A DNA stretch of 64,000 nucleotides from Octopus vulgaris. Lineage: Eukaryota. Location: assembly GCA_951406725.2 (NCBI GenBank), contig OX597815.1, forward strand, positions 110,236,001 to 110,300,000, in the 5' to 3' direction. Below are positions 1 to 13,093 of this stretch, in pieces (position 1 is the stretch's first letter; each line of letters begins with the position of its first letter). The notes below the pieces were generated by a model that worked only from the letters and a program-made list of their open reading frames with translations, had not been told where the DNA came from and searched no databases. Made by a program: the position numbers and the translations under genes.

Positions 1-223
1 TTGAGCGAAAACACCTAAAAAGCTCCACGAGACTCCGGCAGGGGGTGGTGATCCCTGCTGTTCTCTTTCACCACACTTTCTCCCACTCTTTCTTCTGTTG
101 GCCTGCTCGCTTAGCCAGCGGGGTGGCGTCATTCGAAGGCTAAAAAAAAAAAACAATGCGAACGCATTGTGACCAGCGATGTGTAACAACATCTGATGGT
201 CTGGTCGGTCACGTGATCACGTG

Positions 224-225
<2 letters not shown>
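1..225 (+). mobile_element. SINE-like element, family C (5' part outside the window), ending in (TA)n
   Basis: Shares TGAGCGAAAACACCTAAA..GCTCCACGAG..GCAGGGGGTGGTG..CCCTG..CTCTTTC with 62270-62350. Confidence 0.6.
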
Positions 226-288
<63 letters not shown>

Positions 289-439
289 TATGCATATATA
301 CATACGTGCGTGTGTGTGTGTGTGTGTGTGTGTGTAGCTACTTCAATTACATACATGCAGAAGATGAATTTATCTTGCTTTAAACGTCCAGAAATTAAAC
401 AAATCAGATATGAAAATGTCAATAGAGCACTATTAAAGA

Positions 440-826
440 ATAATACTTTCAGCAATTTTGAGGGGAGAGGAAGTCGAATACATGAATACAAGTGGTGAAA
501 TGCTATTCGTTTTATCGAACTTGCAAGGATGAAAGACCAAGTCGACTTTTATGGAATTTGAACTTAGAACGTAAAGATGGCCGCAATGCCGCTAAGCATT
601 GTGTCCGGCGTTCTAACGATTCTGCCAGCTCACTACTTTGATAATAATAGTAATAATGATTTCAGATTCTGGCACAAGGCAAGCAAGCTTAGGGATGGGA
701 ATAAGTCGATTATATCGACCCTAGTGTTAAACTGCTACTAATTTTAATCGACTCCGATAAAGTCGACCTCGGCAGAATTTGAACTGAGAACGCCAAGACC
801 GCTAAGCATGCAAGCTCACCGCCTTA
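440..826 (-). mobile_element. Two degenerate copies of tRNA-derived SINE family B
   Basis: Family motifs GGATGAAAG..AAGTCGAC..GGAATTTGAACT..AGAACG and GCTAAGCAT; head ..CTCACCGCCTT near 825. Confidence 0.75.
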
Positions 827-2205
827 AAAATTTGTTTTAAAATTTCAGTCTGGAAGGTTTGTTTCTACCCAAGTTTATGGTGGCACACACTTGTTCATGA
901 TGTCACGAGTGATATTGAAACCAGGATATCGAGAATGCGAAGCAAACTTTAAAACACGATTAAGACAACCAAATAATCCTTAATGGACCTCCGATCACGG
1001 ACTGATTCCTGTTCTCATAAAACTCTTCAATATATATCTGCTTATCATGTATGATCATTTACGATTTGGCTTGACAGTGACGCGCTGGTCATACAAAACA
1101 GATTTGATAGTGCTTGCCCCGGCCAAGGGATTGTCACCTGGTATTGCTCGTTCGTCACAACAACCCTTTAATTAATTCAAGCTTATTGCCTCTCTTTGTA
1201 AACTTACTAATTCCCCAGTTATTTGCGCTACAATATAAACTGAATTTATCAATTCAATTTATATATGATACATACTTTAATCTTTACCTAAACGCACCGC
1301 TACATAATGCTCGCGTCATCGTACGTCTTTATCTTTGTCTACTTGCTCAGTACTGTTTATACACAGATAATTAAAAAAAACGTAACTATGAGTATAATCA
1401 CCAATACAATCGAATCACTGACTGCACATTTGTCATCTATCTCGTGAATGAGACGATGGTGAAAAAAATCCCCTTCTACGTCATTATGTGTAACAAGAAT
1501 CAGCAGTTCAATTTTGGGGTACCAGATTCTTAAGGTTTCTATCTGTAACATACTCGTATAGTCATATCTTCAAGAATCAATTTACTGTTCGTCGTAGCAG
1601 CAAATCAGGAAAGAAACCTCCTAAAGTATATATATCCCATGTTTCTAACACATATTTGCCTGTTTTATAACAAAATATTTTTGTGATAAAATAAGCTAAG
1701 ATAAGCCTTTATTAGATACTAAATTCACTCGAAACTTCAGGAGCTATCAACGGTGTTTTCTTCAATTCGATTGGATGTTTTCTTTCGTATCGTTAAGCTT
1801 CCATTTATATATAATTTGCGCTAATTCTTGCGGCAATTGAGTAGTGCTTGCTTTCATACCTACAGGTGACAGAAATTTAAAATGAACAAAACAGTAAACC
1901 TCTACCTGTAAATGGACGGAAATTATTCAAATATTTTGAAAACTGCTTCCGTAACTTAGCTTAAAATTACAGTTTACCTCATTCCATATTATGATGCTAA
2001 GATATTTTGGCAACAAGAACTAAGATTGATCCAATTATGTTATACCATTTGCTCTAGCATCTCTATGGGAAATAAACAATTCAATACCGCCCTGAAAACG
2101 AATATGAAGCAAACAAAACTTAAGGAATAAACTAGCAGGAACCCTACCATTTATGCCATTTGGCTTTCTGTAAAAAATTCTAGGGATATATGTATATATA
2201 TATAT

Positions 2206-2237
<32 letters not shown>

Positions 2238-2627
2238 ATAAACTGTATATATATATATATTCATACGCATATGTGGGGATTATGTATGTACGTAGGCATG
2301 GTATTGACACTTACAGACACACGCGCACACACTCAAACACGCGCGCGCGCACGCATACACACACACACACACCAAGCACACACACACATCGCAAATAATA
2401 GAAAAAATGGGATAAAATAAGATGCCGATTGTTGGAATTATTTGTTCCGCATTTTAGACAAAAATTCGAAATAGTGTCCATGCGTGCACTAAAAGTGTGG
2501 CAGGCATCAATCAGAGAGTCTCTTGCAACTTATTCCAATAGCAGAAAATTTTCGCATTTATATTGTATGTTTCTTCGCAAGATTTTTCCAAATTCCCTCT
2601 TTTAATAGCTGTAGAGTTTGCCCAAGG

Positions 2628-2701
<74 letters not shown>

Positions 2702-2914
2702 TGCGTACATCCTTGTGCTTACCTTATATTAGGTATCTAAATTGTGTACGACTCTTACTCTAATTTTTGTACTCGATTGGTTGGAAGTGCTCAGGTCGAA
2801 CATTATTTAACTTGTTATAAGAAGAGACAAAAATTTAGATAATCATTTTATATTTATGATTTACATCAACATAATAAATACATATATATATATATATGCG
2901 TGTGTGTGTGGAGT

Positions 2915-2947
<33 letters not shown>

Positions 2948-3678
2948 CAAGAGATTGATAGGCAGATAGATAGATCTATAATGTCTTAAAGTTTTTCCTT
3001 CTTTTGTGTAACCTTAACTTATCTAGAAGTTTTGTGATGGAGAACTCTATCAGAGAATGTGGTATTCATTTTGAAGATACTGATAACAATCCATCTGTAT
3101 TAAAAATGACATCAGAAGCAATATTTGTTGATTTTTTGGGGAAAGCTATATTTTCTAACACCGAATATTTCCTGATTGCCAATGACACAACATTGAGCGC
3201 GAAGAAATTTCTATAAACATAAATATTACATGAGTGATTTATGCTGTAAGGTATACTTTTATATGAATCAAAAATCTATCGTTGCATTGGAAAGTATTAT
3301 ATACAGGCATCAATCACATTTATTGTATATAATTACCCTTTTCCGTTTGGTAGTACTAGCCATCTTATACTTTCATCTATGACATCAATTAATTTTGAGT
3401 TTTCCCAACGGCAATTTTGAAAAATATAAAATTCAGGGAAGCTTAATAATTCAAAATTGCTTGTTCAGTTATCATAATTAAGAAGCATCAATGATGTTTG
3501 CTTGAATATTTATAGTAATAAACTTTTCATGTGCAACATTGCAGTTGGCATGTAGCCATCGTATCAACAATAAGTAGAAAAATGTATTTACAATTATTAA
3601 AATTATATTTCTCTCCATAAGAGATATACAAGGATTTACATGAATTAACGTTAATTAGCGTTAAATTTAAGCTCCTCA

Positions 3679-3870
<192 letters not shown>

Positions 3871-3893
3871 TTCATTTATTTATAGATAGACAG

Positions 3894-3933
<40 letters not shown>

Positions 3934-4885
3934 AGAGAGAGAAATATGTATAAAGATATTCATACATACAGAGGCTTGTGTGTTAGTATGCAAAAGAGTG
4001 ATTGTGTGAGTGTATAAAAATGTATATATGCGATGCACATGTAGATGTAGCTTTTTTTATGAGGCTGTCATGTAAGGATCTTCTAAAGCTATTAACAAGA
4101 TAGGAATTGAAACGGAGAGTAGATATTGAAACACTACTATGTTCATACTGTTTCATAAAATAACCACTGGTTTGCAAATCACATACACATATATACACGA
4201 TAGTTATGAAGGAGGAATATTTTCATTCATGAACTTCGAGTTCCACCGTTAAAAAACTATATAGTGTTTCATGTATACAGTCTATCGTTATGAGCTACTA
4301 AGAGTTTCATTCATTAGAGATGTTATCTTGGCAGGTTTTAAAAACCCGCCTAGTGTCTCCAAGTAATCTCGATGCTCAGTGCACATAACCTGTAAATATG
4401 AACATTATAACAAGAGAAATCACAATAAATATCGAAAGTTAGGTGAATACAAAGAGTAGAAGCATGAAAAGACAAAAAGAAAAGAGAGAAGAAGACTTAA
4501 AGTTATGTCTCTTTTGAGCGTAACGCTATAAAGCTAGTTGGTGTAGAAGCAATGTAAGGGGTTTGAAGCCTGAGATACGGCTGCTCAACCTCAAGAGGCT
4601 GGTGTTTTCCAGTTCACCAATAGAAACTTGTCCATTTATTTGCATTTGCTGAAAATTTCTAATCTGGAATTTAGCAGTGCAGTGAATGTCCCAAATCTAC
4701 AAAGTATGTGCAATCTTTCAATTATGCTGTCCAATAGTCTAGATGCATTTTATAGAAAATAAGCAATTGATGGGATCTGCAGTATTTTCTCGGTGTAAAA
4801 AAGTAAGCAAGTTTTTAAATTTCATTGTTATCATTGTTTCTGTACGATAGATTCGTTGCTAAAGTGTTTTCGATGTTACGGCATC

Positions 4886-5090
4886 AAGGCGGCAAGCTGG
4901 CAGAATCGTTAACATTCACGCCTTAGCGACATATCGTCTGTTCTGATTTTCAAATTCCAACGAGATCGACTTTGCCTTTCATCCTTTCGTGAGCATTACA
5001 ACAAGTACCAGTCAAGTAATGGGGTCGATGTAAGCGAGTGGCTCTCACGTCCAAAATTTCACGCCTTGTGCCAATAGCAGAGAGGGATAT
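4886..5090 (+). mobile_element. tRNA-derived SINE family B
   Basis: AAGGCGGCAAGCTGGCAGAATCGTT head; TCGACTTTGCCTTTCATCCTTTCG core; CCAAAATTTC..GCCTTGTGCC tail. Confidence 0.8.
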
Positions 5091-5775
5091 TACGGCATCG
5101 TGCAGTTTATAACTTAGGCCAATCAGCTACTCAACCTAAATGCAACCAACAAAACGTTAGCGACATTTTATGCTTTTTATGGTCTCATTTTCTAAATTTG
5201 CATAAAGACTGACTTTTTTTTTGGGGGGGCGAGGTACTTTCTTCCATTATGTACGTAGCCGCATATCAACCATCTTATCAGATGAGTATCTTTTCAAATG
5301 GATTTGTTGAAAAAATATAGTACATACCATGTATATGAAAACAATAAATTAGAACGGTTACGCAAAAGCAATATTATCTGTCTTCATTCTGTTTTCAGCT
5401 CCATTACTACCAAAACTTTCTTAAAAATATTATTAATACACCCCCTTCTTGTTTATACGTATCATACGATTTCAAAAGTATACTTCTGAAAATTAGATAG
5501 TGGTACAACAGTACATTCCATCAAGTAACCAAATAAACAGTACCAATACATAGATACAAACATAAATGCATATGTATGTGAATGTATGTATGTATATATA
5601 TGTATGTTCACTTCTGCTTTTAATTATTTAAATTCTTCCTTTGAGAAAGGTGTTGGTTTCAAACGGATACGAACTCCAATGCGGAAATGTTGGTATAAAA
5701 CCTTATTAATATGAGAAAACTCTTGCATATCTTTATTGTTCTACTTACAGATTGAATTTGTAATGTGCGATGTAA

Positions 5776-5808
<33 letters not shown>

Positions 5809-7472
5809 TGTGTGTGTGTGCGCTTGTGCGTGTGTGTGTGCGCGTGTGCGTCTGTGTGTGCGTGCGTATGTAAGAATACATATACACGCAAACAAATTCA
5901 CGCATGTACGCGTACGCACACAAACAATTTTTCGTTTTATAACAAACATTTCTATACTAAGTTGGGTAGATTTAATAATTTTCCTGAATCCTTCTCATAG
6001 AGTTTATATATTTTATTATTCATTTTACTGATGCAGACTGTTTATGTATCTGTTATATGTCTCTTATTTAATGATTTATTTTTTAAAAAAGTCTTTTTTT
6101 CTGTGTGAAATTTATTTTTCGATACACAGACACTTCTCTTAAAAAAATTAATACGTTTTATATAGATATTTCCTGGTTAATGGTTCAAAATGTTAATATA
6201 TTTATATATTTTATAGTTCCTACTTATTTCTTTGAATTGCTTTACGAGGCAACTATTAACTGTAAAAGCTCATGTGTTAGTCTTGTTGACAAGATAGTAC
6301 ATTTAGTGTGAAGTAATTTCTGTAAATTCTGCAGATAGGAATCTAAAATATATTTTCTGAAATAGAGAATTTTAAGTGAATACATAACATTCTATTTCAA
6401 TATGTTATGCTATTGTTGCTGTTGTTGTTTTTGTTGTTACTATTGTTTTGGCCCGAGTGGTGTAGACATGTATAAAGGCTATCTGCCTATGACCATCACA
6501 TCATAAATTGTGCCACGAATAGTATGTGTAATTGATTAGTGGTGAGAGGAATTATTCCATTGGATTGTACTCATGGAACAAGTAGAAAACCAGTCGAAAT
6601 AATATTTAAATTACTTTAAGTATTCTCATAGGATAACAGCTTTAGTATTAGTTTAGAATTCACCCTTTTTAATTGATGATAATATAAGGCTATATATTTA
6701 AATGAAGTACTACACGGACGATTGTAGAAAAGTGACTTACGCTTTATTAATGAAACACCAGTTCATCGTCGTCTAGGAAAAGATTGCAAAGTGCCTAAGT
6801 GATCTGTCTATATTCCAGAAAGGATTTATTTATTTGTTCTGCTCCTGAGAATACCCGTGACTCATGGAACAGTATTACACAATCATAAAGCAAATGAAAA
6901 ATACCCCCGTCAATTAAGCATCTTATTAAACGTTCCCTTCTGGCAAGAGCTGGTGCGAAACCATCCGTAGCATTCTGACCAGTTACATGACATAACTAGG
7001 CATTTACTGATCGATAATGTATGTATGTATGTATGTATGTATGTATGTATGTATGTATGTATGTATGTATGCATGCATGCATGCACGTATGTATGTCATT
7101 ATTCAGTTTCATTCAAGATTTCTTACCAACAGAGAAAGAATCGGTTTCTAACCTAGATCCAAGGTTCCTTCATTAGAATTTCAACATCAACAACAGGGTA
7201 TTTTTGTATGTGTATGTATGTGCAGATTTGTATGTTTATGGATGTATGCACGTATATATATAAATGATAAACTACTGGGAAGTTTTAAAGATTTTTACAG
7301 TTTCAGTGATGGATTGGATCAGTAGTCTTCGATTTGAGTTCTCCTTTCTGATTTTGAGAAACCTAATTTCTCAATATATATCCCAGGGCCGTAATGATAA
7401 TGTATGTATGCATGTATGTATATTTATTATATATATAGCGATAGATAACTAATATATATATATATATATATA

Positions 7473-7715
7473 TAATACAAAATTAGAGAATGGAGAAACA
7501 TACTTAAATCAGTAAAACATCAACTATCCGATGATACTCAATCCATACTTTAATACACCATTAACTATGAGTAAAGGCAATATATAAAATGAAATGAGAT
7601 ATACAGTAATAGTAAAAGTAAAAAGATAAAGAGATATAAGTAAAAAATTTCAAATATAATATGCAAATAAATCAAAACTGACAGCTGTTTCGGCAGTGAG
7701 GACAGTCATACCTCA
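7473..7715 (-). mobile_element. Truncated copy of the HHR-bearing element at 58460-59260, inside (TA)n
   Basis: Clear similarity to 58462-58692; the minus strand keeps GCC-GAAAC-AGCT-GTC; flanked by (TA)n on both sides. Confidence 0.8.
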
Positions 7716-7894
7716 TATATATATATATATATACATACATACGCACACACACACACACATATATATATATGTACTTACACACGCACACAAACACACATAT
7801 ACTTACACCTATATATTATATTTTGATATGTATATATTCTTTTATTCTTTTACTCGTTTGAGCCATGCTGCTGAGGTCATGCTGGAGCACCACC

Positions 7895-8630
7895 GTGGTC
7901 TTTTTGATTTCCTTAGTCTGGGGTGTTTCACATCACCACTCCTGCAATGCCTTTGTCCCAGTTGTTGACCCATTTGGTGTATAAGGGAGTGCGATTCCGC
8001 TGCCTTCGTCTGCCCCTCATATCGGGTTGTTGCTTCATCCGGTATTATGGAGAGGAGGTTGTCTAGTTCCTTTTTGAAGATATCTACTTTCACCTTATCA
8101 GATTTCTTAATTTTAGTGCCAGGGCATTGAATAGCTGTGGTCTTTTGAACCCTAGACTATTGCAGTACCTGGTCCTGAATTTACATGGAGTGGATGGCAC
8201 CTTTTGTACAATACAATGGCGGCCAGTTCTGGCACTTTTATAACACTCAGTACGGAAACTAGGTACTAGCCCTTCTAGAATTTTCCATATAAAGATTATT
8301 GCATATCTTTCACGCTTTCGCTCCAGGGAGTAAAGCTGTTGTTTTCTCAGCCTATACTTGTAGTTCATCCGCTGCACTGCTTCAATCTATTTAATGTAGT
8401 GGTGTTGAACTGCTTCAAGCTCCACAGTTAGTTTGGCATTATGTGGTGACCACACTTGGGAGCAGTAGTCCAAGCGGCTGAGAGCAAAGGTTTGCCACAG
8501 GGTCAACGTATTTTCTTGGTCTTGTCTTGAAGGACCTCAGTATCGATCCTGCCAGTTGTCTGCACTTTGCTGCCATCTTGGTAATGTGCGTAAAAATGAT
8601 GCGTCATTGCACATACTGATCCCCAAGTCG
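7895..8630 (-). mobile_element. Degenerate CR1/L2-type LINE, 3' end of ORF2
   Basis: Minus frames read ..FALSRLDYCSQVWSPH.., YSLERKRERYAIIFIWKILEG, PQLFNAL and FKKELDNLLSIIPD, typical of the CR1-group C-terminus; stops and frameshifts present. Confidence 0.8.
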
Positions 8631-8896
8631 TGTGTTTCTGTGTATGTGTGTTTGTATATGTGTGCGCGTGCGTATGTGTGTATGTATGTGCGTGTATATA
8701 TGGATGTATAAAAGATATTTATTTTATATGTAAAAAAATTTAACATCAAAAATTTAACATCAAAATGCAGGATCAGTCAATACATTTTACTTAAGTTAAT
8801 ATATTTATTAAATATATATTTTTTACTGTCAACTTTTTCTACTTTTTCTTTGCCAAACTTAATATGTGTGTATGCACATACATACATACACACACA

Positions 8897-8945
<49 letters not shown>

Positions 8946-8971
8946 GTATACATAGGCACACGCACATATAT

Positions 8972-9018
<47 letters not shown>

Positions 9019-9286
9019 AAGGAAGAGACTATTGATTTTCTTGTAGCAAATGATCTAATGACCGTTTTTAAATCAGTACACAATTAAGAGACAACACTTA
9101 AATTCTCTTCTTTACTGACAACCTTTACTAACAATTTGTTCGGTTTTTAGGCAAGATTTATATGCTTTTTTTTTATATAGCTGTATCTCCTTCGAGGTCT
9201 ACTCTTAAAAAGAAAAATTATCTCACGTTGTTTCGAAGTTTCTGAATTCTCTTCGCGCAAACGATGTGTGTGTATGTATGTATGTA

Positions 9287-9354
<68 letters not shown>

Positions 9355-9681
9355 TGTGCCTGTGTGTGTGTCTGCGTGTGTATTCTTCTGACGAGGAAAG
9401 AGCATGTTCAATTCTTGTGTGTGAATTTGCTGCTTGTTCGTTGTCATCCTCATGTACAGTTTTTAATCTTCCTGTGGTTCACAAAGACTTCTGAAGACAC
9501 ACTCATTCATACACATAGATGTCTCTGTATTTCTGCTTACACACATAACTGCCTCCTCACCACACACTGATATGTGCTTGTATGTATTAATATATACATA
9601 TACAGACATTCCTCCTCCCCATGCACGCAGACGCAGACGCACACACACACATATATATATATATATATACATACATATATA

Positions 9682-10182
9682 GGCATAGGTATGGCTGTGT
9701 GATAAGAAGCTTGCTTCCTAACCGCATGGTACCGGGTTCAGTCCAACTGCGTGGCACGTTGACTAAACGTCTTCTACTATAGCCTCAAGCCGACAATAGT
9801 CTTGTGAATAGATTTGGTTGACAGAAACTTAATGCCCGTCGTGTGTGTGTGTGTGTGTGTGCGTGCGTGCATGTGTGTGCGTGCGTGCGTGTTTGCGTGC
9901 GTGTGTCTTTGTGCCTGTGACCTCCACCGTCGCTTGACAAGCGTGTTGTTGTGTTTATGTCCTCAACAAAAGGAAACCAGGCTTCGAGTAAGTACCAGTC
10001 TTAGCAAAAACTTTAATTACTGGGGTGGATTCATTCGACTAAAAATCCTTGAAGGCGATGCCCCAGCATGGCCGCAGTCAAATGACTGAAATAAGTAGAA
10101 GAATAAAAGAATATATGTATATATAGTACAAAGGCGGTGCTCCAGCATGGCCGCAGTCAAATGACTGAAACAAGTAAAAGAA
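9682..10182 (+). mobile_element. tRNA-derived SINE family A with internal (TG)n and a duplicated 3' tail (10131-10182)
   Basis: TGGCTGTGTG..AAG A-box-like and GGGTTCAGTCC B-box-like head; tail CCAGCATGGCCGCAGTCAAATGACTGAAA occurs twice. Confidence 0.85.
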
Positions 10183-10257
10183 TATACACAGTGAGAGAGA
10201 GAGAGAGAGAGTGAGAGAGAGAAGGCAGTTGAGAAAGATAAAGCAATAGTATATATA

Positions 10258-10407
10258 TTCATTATTTACATTATTTACATTCGACAGATATTTATCCTCA
10301 TCTTGTTTGTTGTTAACACAACGTTTCGGCTGATATACCCTCCAACCTTCTTCAGGTGTCTTGGGGAAATTTCGAACCTGGGTTGTCATTCCTAAGGTAT
10401 TCTCCGA

Positions 10408-10438
<31 letters not shown>

Positions 10439-10532
10439 GTTCAGGTCACTGATTGGAATCGAACTCGGAATCTTGGGGTTAGTAGCACGCGCTCTTAACC
10501 ACGACGCCATATGCCCGTGAGCATATGGCATA

Positions 10533-10534
<2 letters not shown>
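10258..10534 (-). mobile_element. tRNA-headed SINE/retrozyme-like element carrying a hammerhead ribozyme, with a short inverted duplication of its 5' end
   Basis: Minus strand: GGGCATA-TGGCGTCGTGG (A box) ..GAGTTCGATTCC (B box), then (AAT)n, a body shared with 30920-31208, and an HHR; 10519-10534 is an inverted copy of the first ~16 nt; (TA)n on both sides. Confidence 0.75.
10315..10360 (-). ncRNA. Minimal type I hammerhead ribozyme motif
   Basis: GACAC-CUGAAGA-A-GGUUG(gaggguauau)CAGCC-GAAAC-GU-U-GUGUU: both core boxes, 5-bp helices I and II, palindromic ACGU helix III, extra A after A9. Confidence 0.7.
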
Positions 10535-10570
<36 letters not shown>

Positions 10571-10576
<6 letters not shown>

Positions 10577-10702
10577 TATATAGAAGGAGCTTCTACAGGA
10601 CTAGTACTGTTTCATTCAAGAGAAATCTTCAGGAAGCTTCCTGAAGATTTCTCTTGAATGAAACAGTACTAGTCCTGTAGAAGCTCCTTCTATATAATAA
10701 AT
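10571..10702. repeat. 132-bp perfect palindrome with no spacer, centred on AAG|CTT
   Basis: Arms 10571-10636 and 10637-10702 are exact reverse complements; each arm carries CTGAAGA..GAAAC..GTC. Confidence 0.93.
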
Positions 10703-10768
10703 TAATTTTACTCTGCTATGTATTGAGTACCTTACTTACTGTGGTTAACCCCGAATCAACCCGGGACC

Positions 10769-10847
<79 letters not shown>

Positions 10848-10849
<2 letters not shown>

Positions 10850-11492
10850 TGTCTTTTACTACCCGCCATTGCTTCTTCACCAAACTTTTTGGCGCCCTCC
10901 GATTCTTCCCCTCTCTTCCTCCCATCCTCCTCCCCTCTTCCTCCCATCCTCCTTAATCCCTTCTTTCTCCTTTTCTCTTGGTCACTGATTCTGTCCCCTG
11001 CCTTCCACCCTCTTTGATTCCCTCTCTCTCTGTCTCTCTTTCTCTCTCTCCTGCGACCTGCTGCTTCTTAAACCATTCTGTTGGCCTTCGTATCTCGACC
11101 AACATGTGTCCCCGCTACCGAAACGGTAATTATTTCTACGCCAGCTATGTTGTTGTTGTGTTTTTGTCTCATTTGGTCTAAAGTCGTATGACAACCACCG
11201 TTATATATATTTTGTTTATTCATTACTGTTTTCCATTTCGTTTTCGTCTCTTGTATTCACATCCGTCTTGTGCGTTCACATTCCTGTCTTCTACCAAGAA
11301 ATCTAATGCTTACAGCTTAGTTTTTTTTCTTGGGGCTGGCCGAGTTGGAGCAAATATCAGAATTGAACAGCCGAAATTTGCTATGATGATTCGGTGTCTG
11401 ACTGAAGATTGAAGGCTTCGAATGATTTGTCTGTGTTCCGTGTTCGTCCCTTCCTGTATTTCACGTTCATTATATATAAAAACATTCATTCT

Positions 11493-11495
<3 letters not shown>
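10848..11495. mobile_element. Unclassified (TA)n-embedded repeat; 3' half homologous to 63600-63990
   Basis: Shared ..TCTAATGC..GCTTAG..TTGGGGCTGGCC..CAGCCGAAATT..TGACTGAAGATTGAAGGCTTCGAATG; long (TA)n on both sides. Confidence 0.65.
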
Positions 11496-11537
<42 letters not shown>

Positions 11538-12217
11538 ATGTTTATTACATATATATGTCTACATTTAAGAATGTTTTCCATATTTATGTTTTCAGAAGTT
11601 CCTAAAGATTTATATAGGCTTGTTGTATAGCTATGAGACAGGGTACAAAAGAATGTAAATAAAATCTGCGTAAATCCGTTTCTCTGTAGACTGTTCAAAA
11701 CGTGTTGGCATAAATGTTGTCATCAATTCGTAATTGTCAGTGCTATCGTTTAAAGTGACTCAGATGACTTACAAATTGTTCGCAATCTTGCTTAACGATC
11801 AGCACTTTAAAACTTAAATATCTTGTTCTGTTTTCCAGAAGCTGAATATAAAACAACGCTAGGTAACGCCGTAAATTTATTTATCAACGGCCTTCTTTTT
11901 TATTTAAAGGGTTATTCATCACCCTTCACATATCGATTCCCATTGCAGATTAATTTATGTGATATCAAAGATAACAGGAATTTCGAGATTCAGTTAAACA
12001 TTATCCTCATGAAACTTTTGTTTCTGATGACATAAACAAACATAGACATGATTTGTAAAAGCGATATGATGTGATGTATTCAACTGTTTTATCTCGAACT
12101 AATTTTAAAGCACTTAACAGAGAAACGGAGATGGGCAAAATAGTTCAATATTACATATTGAGTTTTGATATAGGTATAAAGCAAAGAAATTTGGCTGAGG
12201 GCTATAATCTTTTATCT

Positions 12218-12519
12218 TCTATCTTTTACTTGTTTCAGTCATTAGACTTAACAAATTTAGTTGAACAAAAAGATCAAAATAATTTTATTTTTTAAGTCTG
12301 GTACTAATTCTACCGGTCTCTTTTTGCCGAATCACAAAGTTACGGAAACGTAGACAAACCAACAATGGTTGTGAAGCGGTGATAGGGGACAAAAACTAAC
12401 ACAAAAATCACATAAATGAACACATACACACATACATACATACATACATACATACATACATACATACATACATACATACATCCATACATACATACATACA
12501 TCCATACATACATACATAT

Positions 12520-12598
<79 letters not shown>

Positions 12599-12766
12599 CA
12601 CACACACGTGACGGGTTTCTTTTTTGTTTCTGTCTACCAAATCCACTCACAAAGCTTTGGTTGGCCCGAAGCTATTGTAGAAGACACCTGACCAAGGTGT
12701 CACGCAGTGGGACTGAACCCAGAACCTGGTGGTTGCGAAGCAAGCTTCTTACCACACAACCACGAT
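12218..12766 (-). mobile_element. SINE family A with expanded internal (TA)n/(TACA)n
   Basis: GCAGTGGGACTGAACCC and AAGCTTCTTACCACACA head; TTTTACTTGTTTCAGTCA tail. Confidence 0.85.
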
Positions 12767-13093
12767 TGCTTATAGAATCATATTTCCTGTCCCAGCAAGA
12801 TGTTCTTCCGTTGTCTCCAGTAGCATTTAGACTAATTATTTAAAGGACCGTAACTTAGTGTAATAATGGTTGACTGTTGCCCTACCGGTTTAAAAATCCA
12901 TTAATGTAGAATTCATACAATGAAACGCTTGAATGTTGTTCAAGTTCAGGATGCAAATAAATAAATAATTAAATAGATAAATACGTAATTTAAATAAAGC
13001 AAGAATTAAAAGTGAAGGTGAACAGTAATTTGCTGTAATGTAATACATCAATTTTTTTAACAAGCGTGGCTGTGTGGTAAGAAGCTTGCTTCC

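Noticed and set aside
3000-3600. Possible PHD-like remnant (RWLHANC) on the minus strand
   Set aside because: A single short motif amid stops; cannot be supported without a search.
10440-10516. Functional tRNA gene
   Set aside because: A and B boxes are present but the acceptor stem does not close and there is no terminator; it is a SINE-type head.
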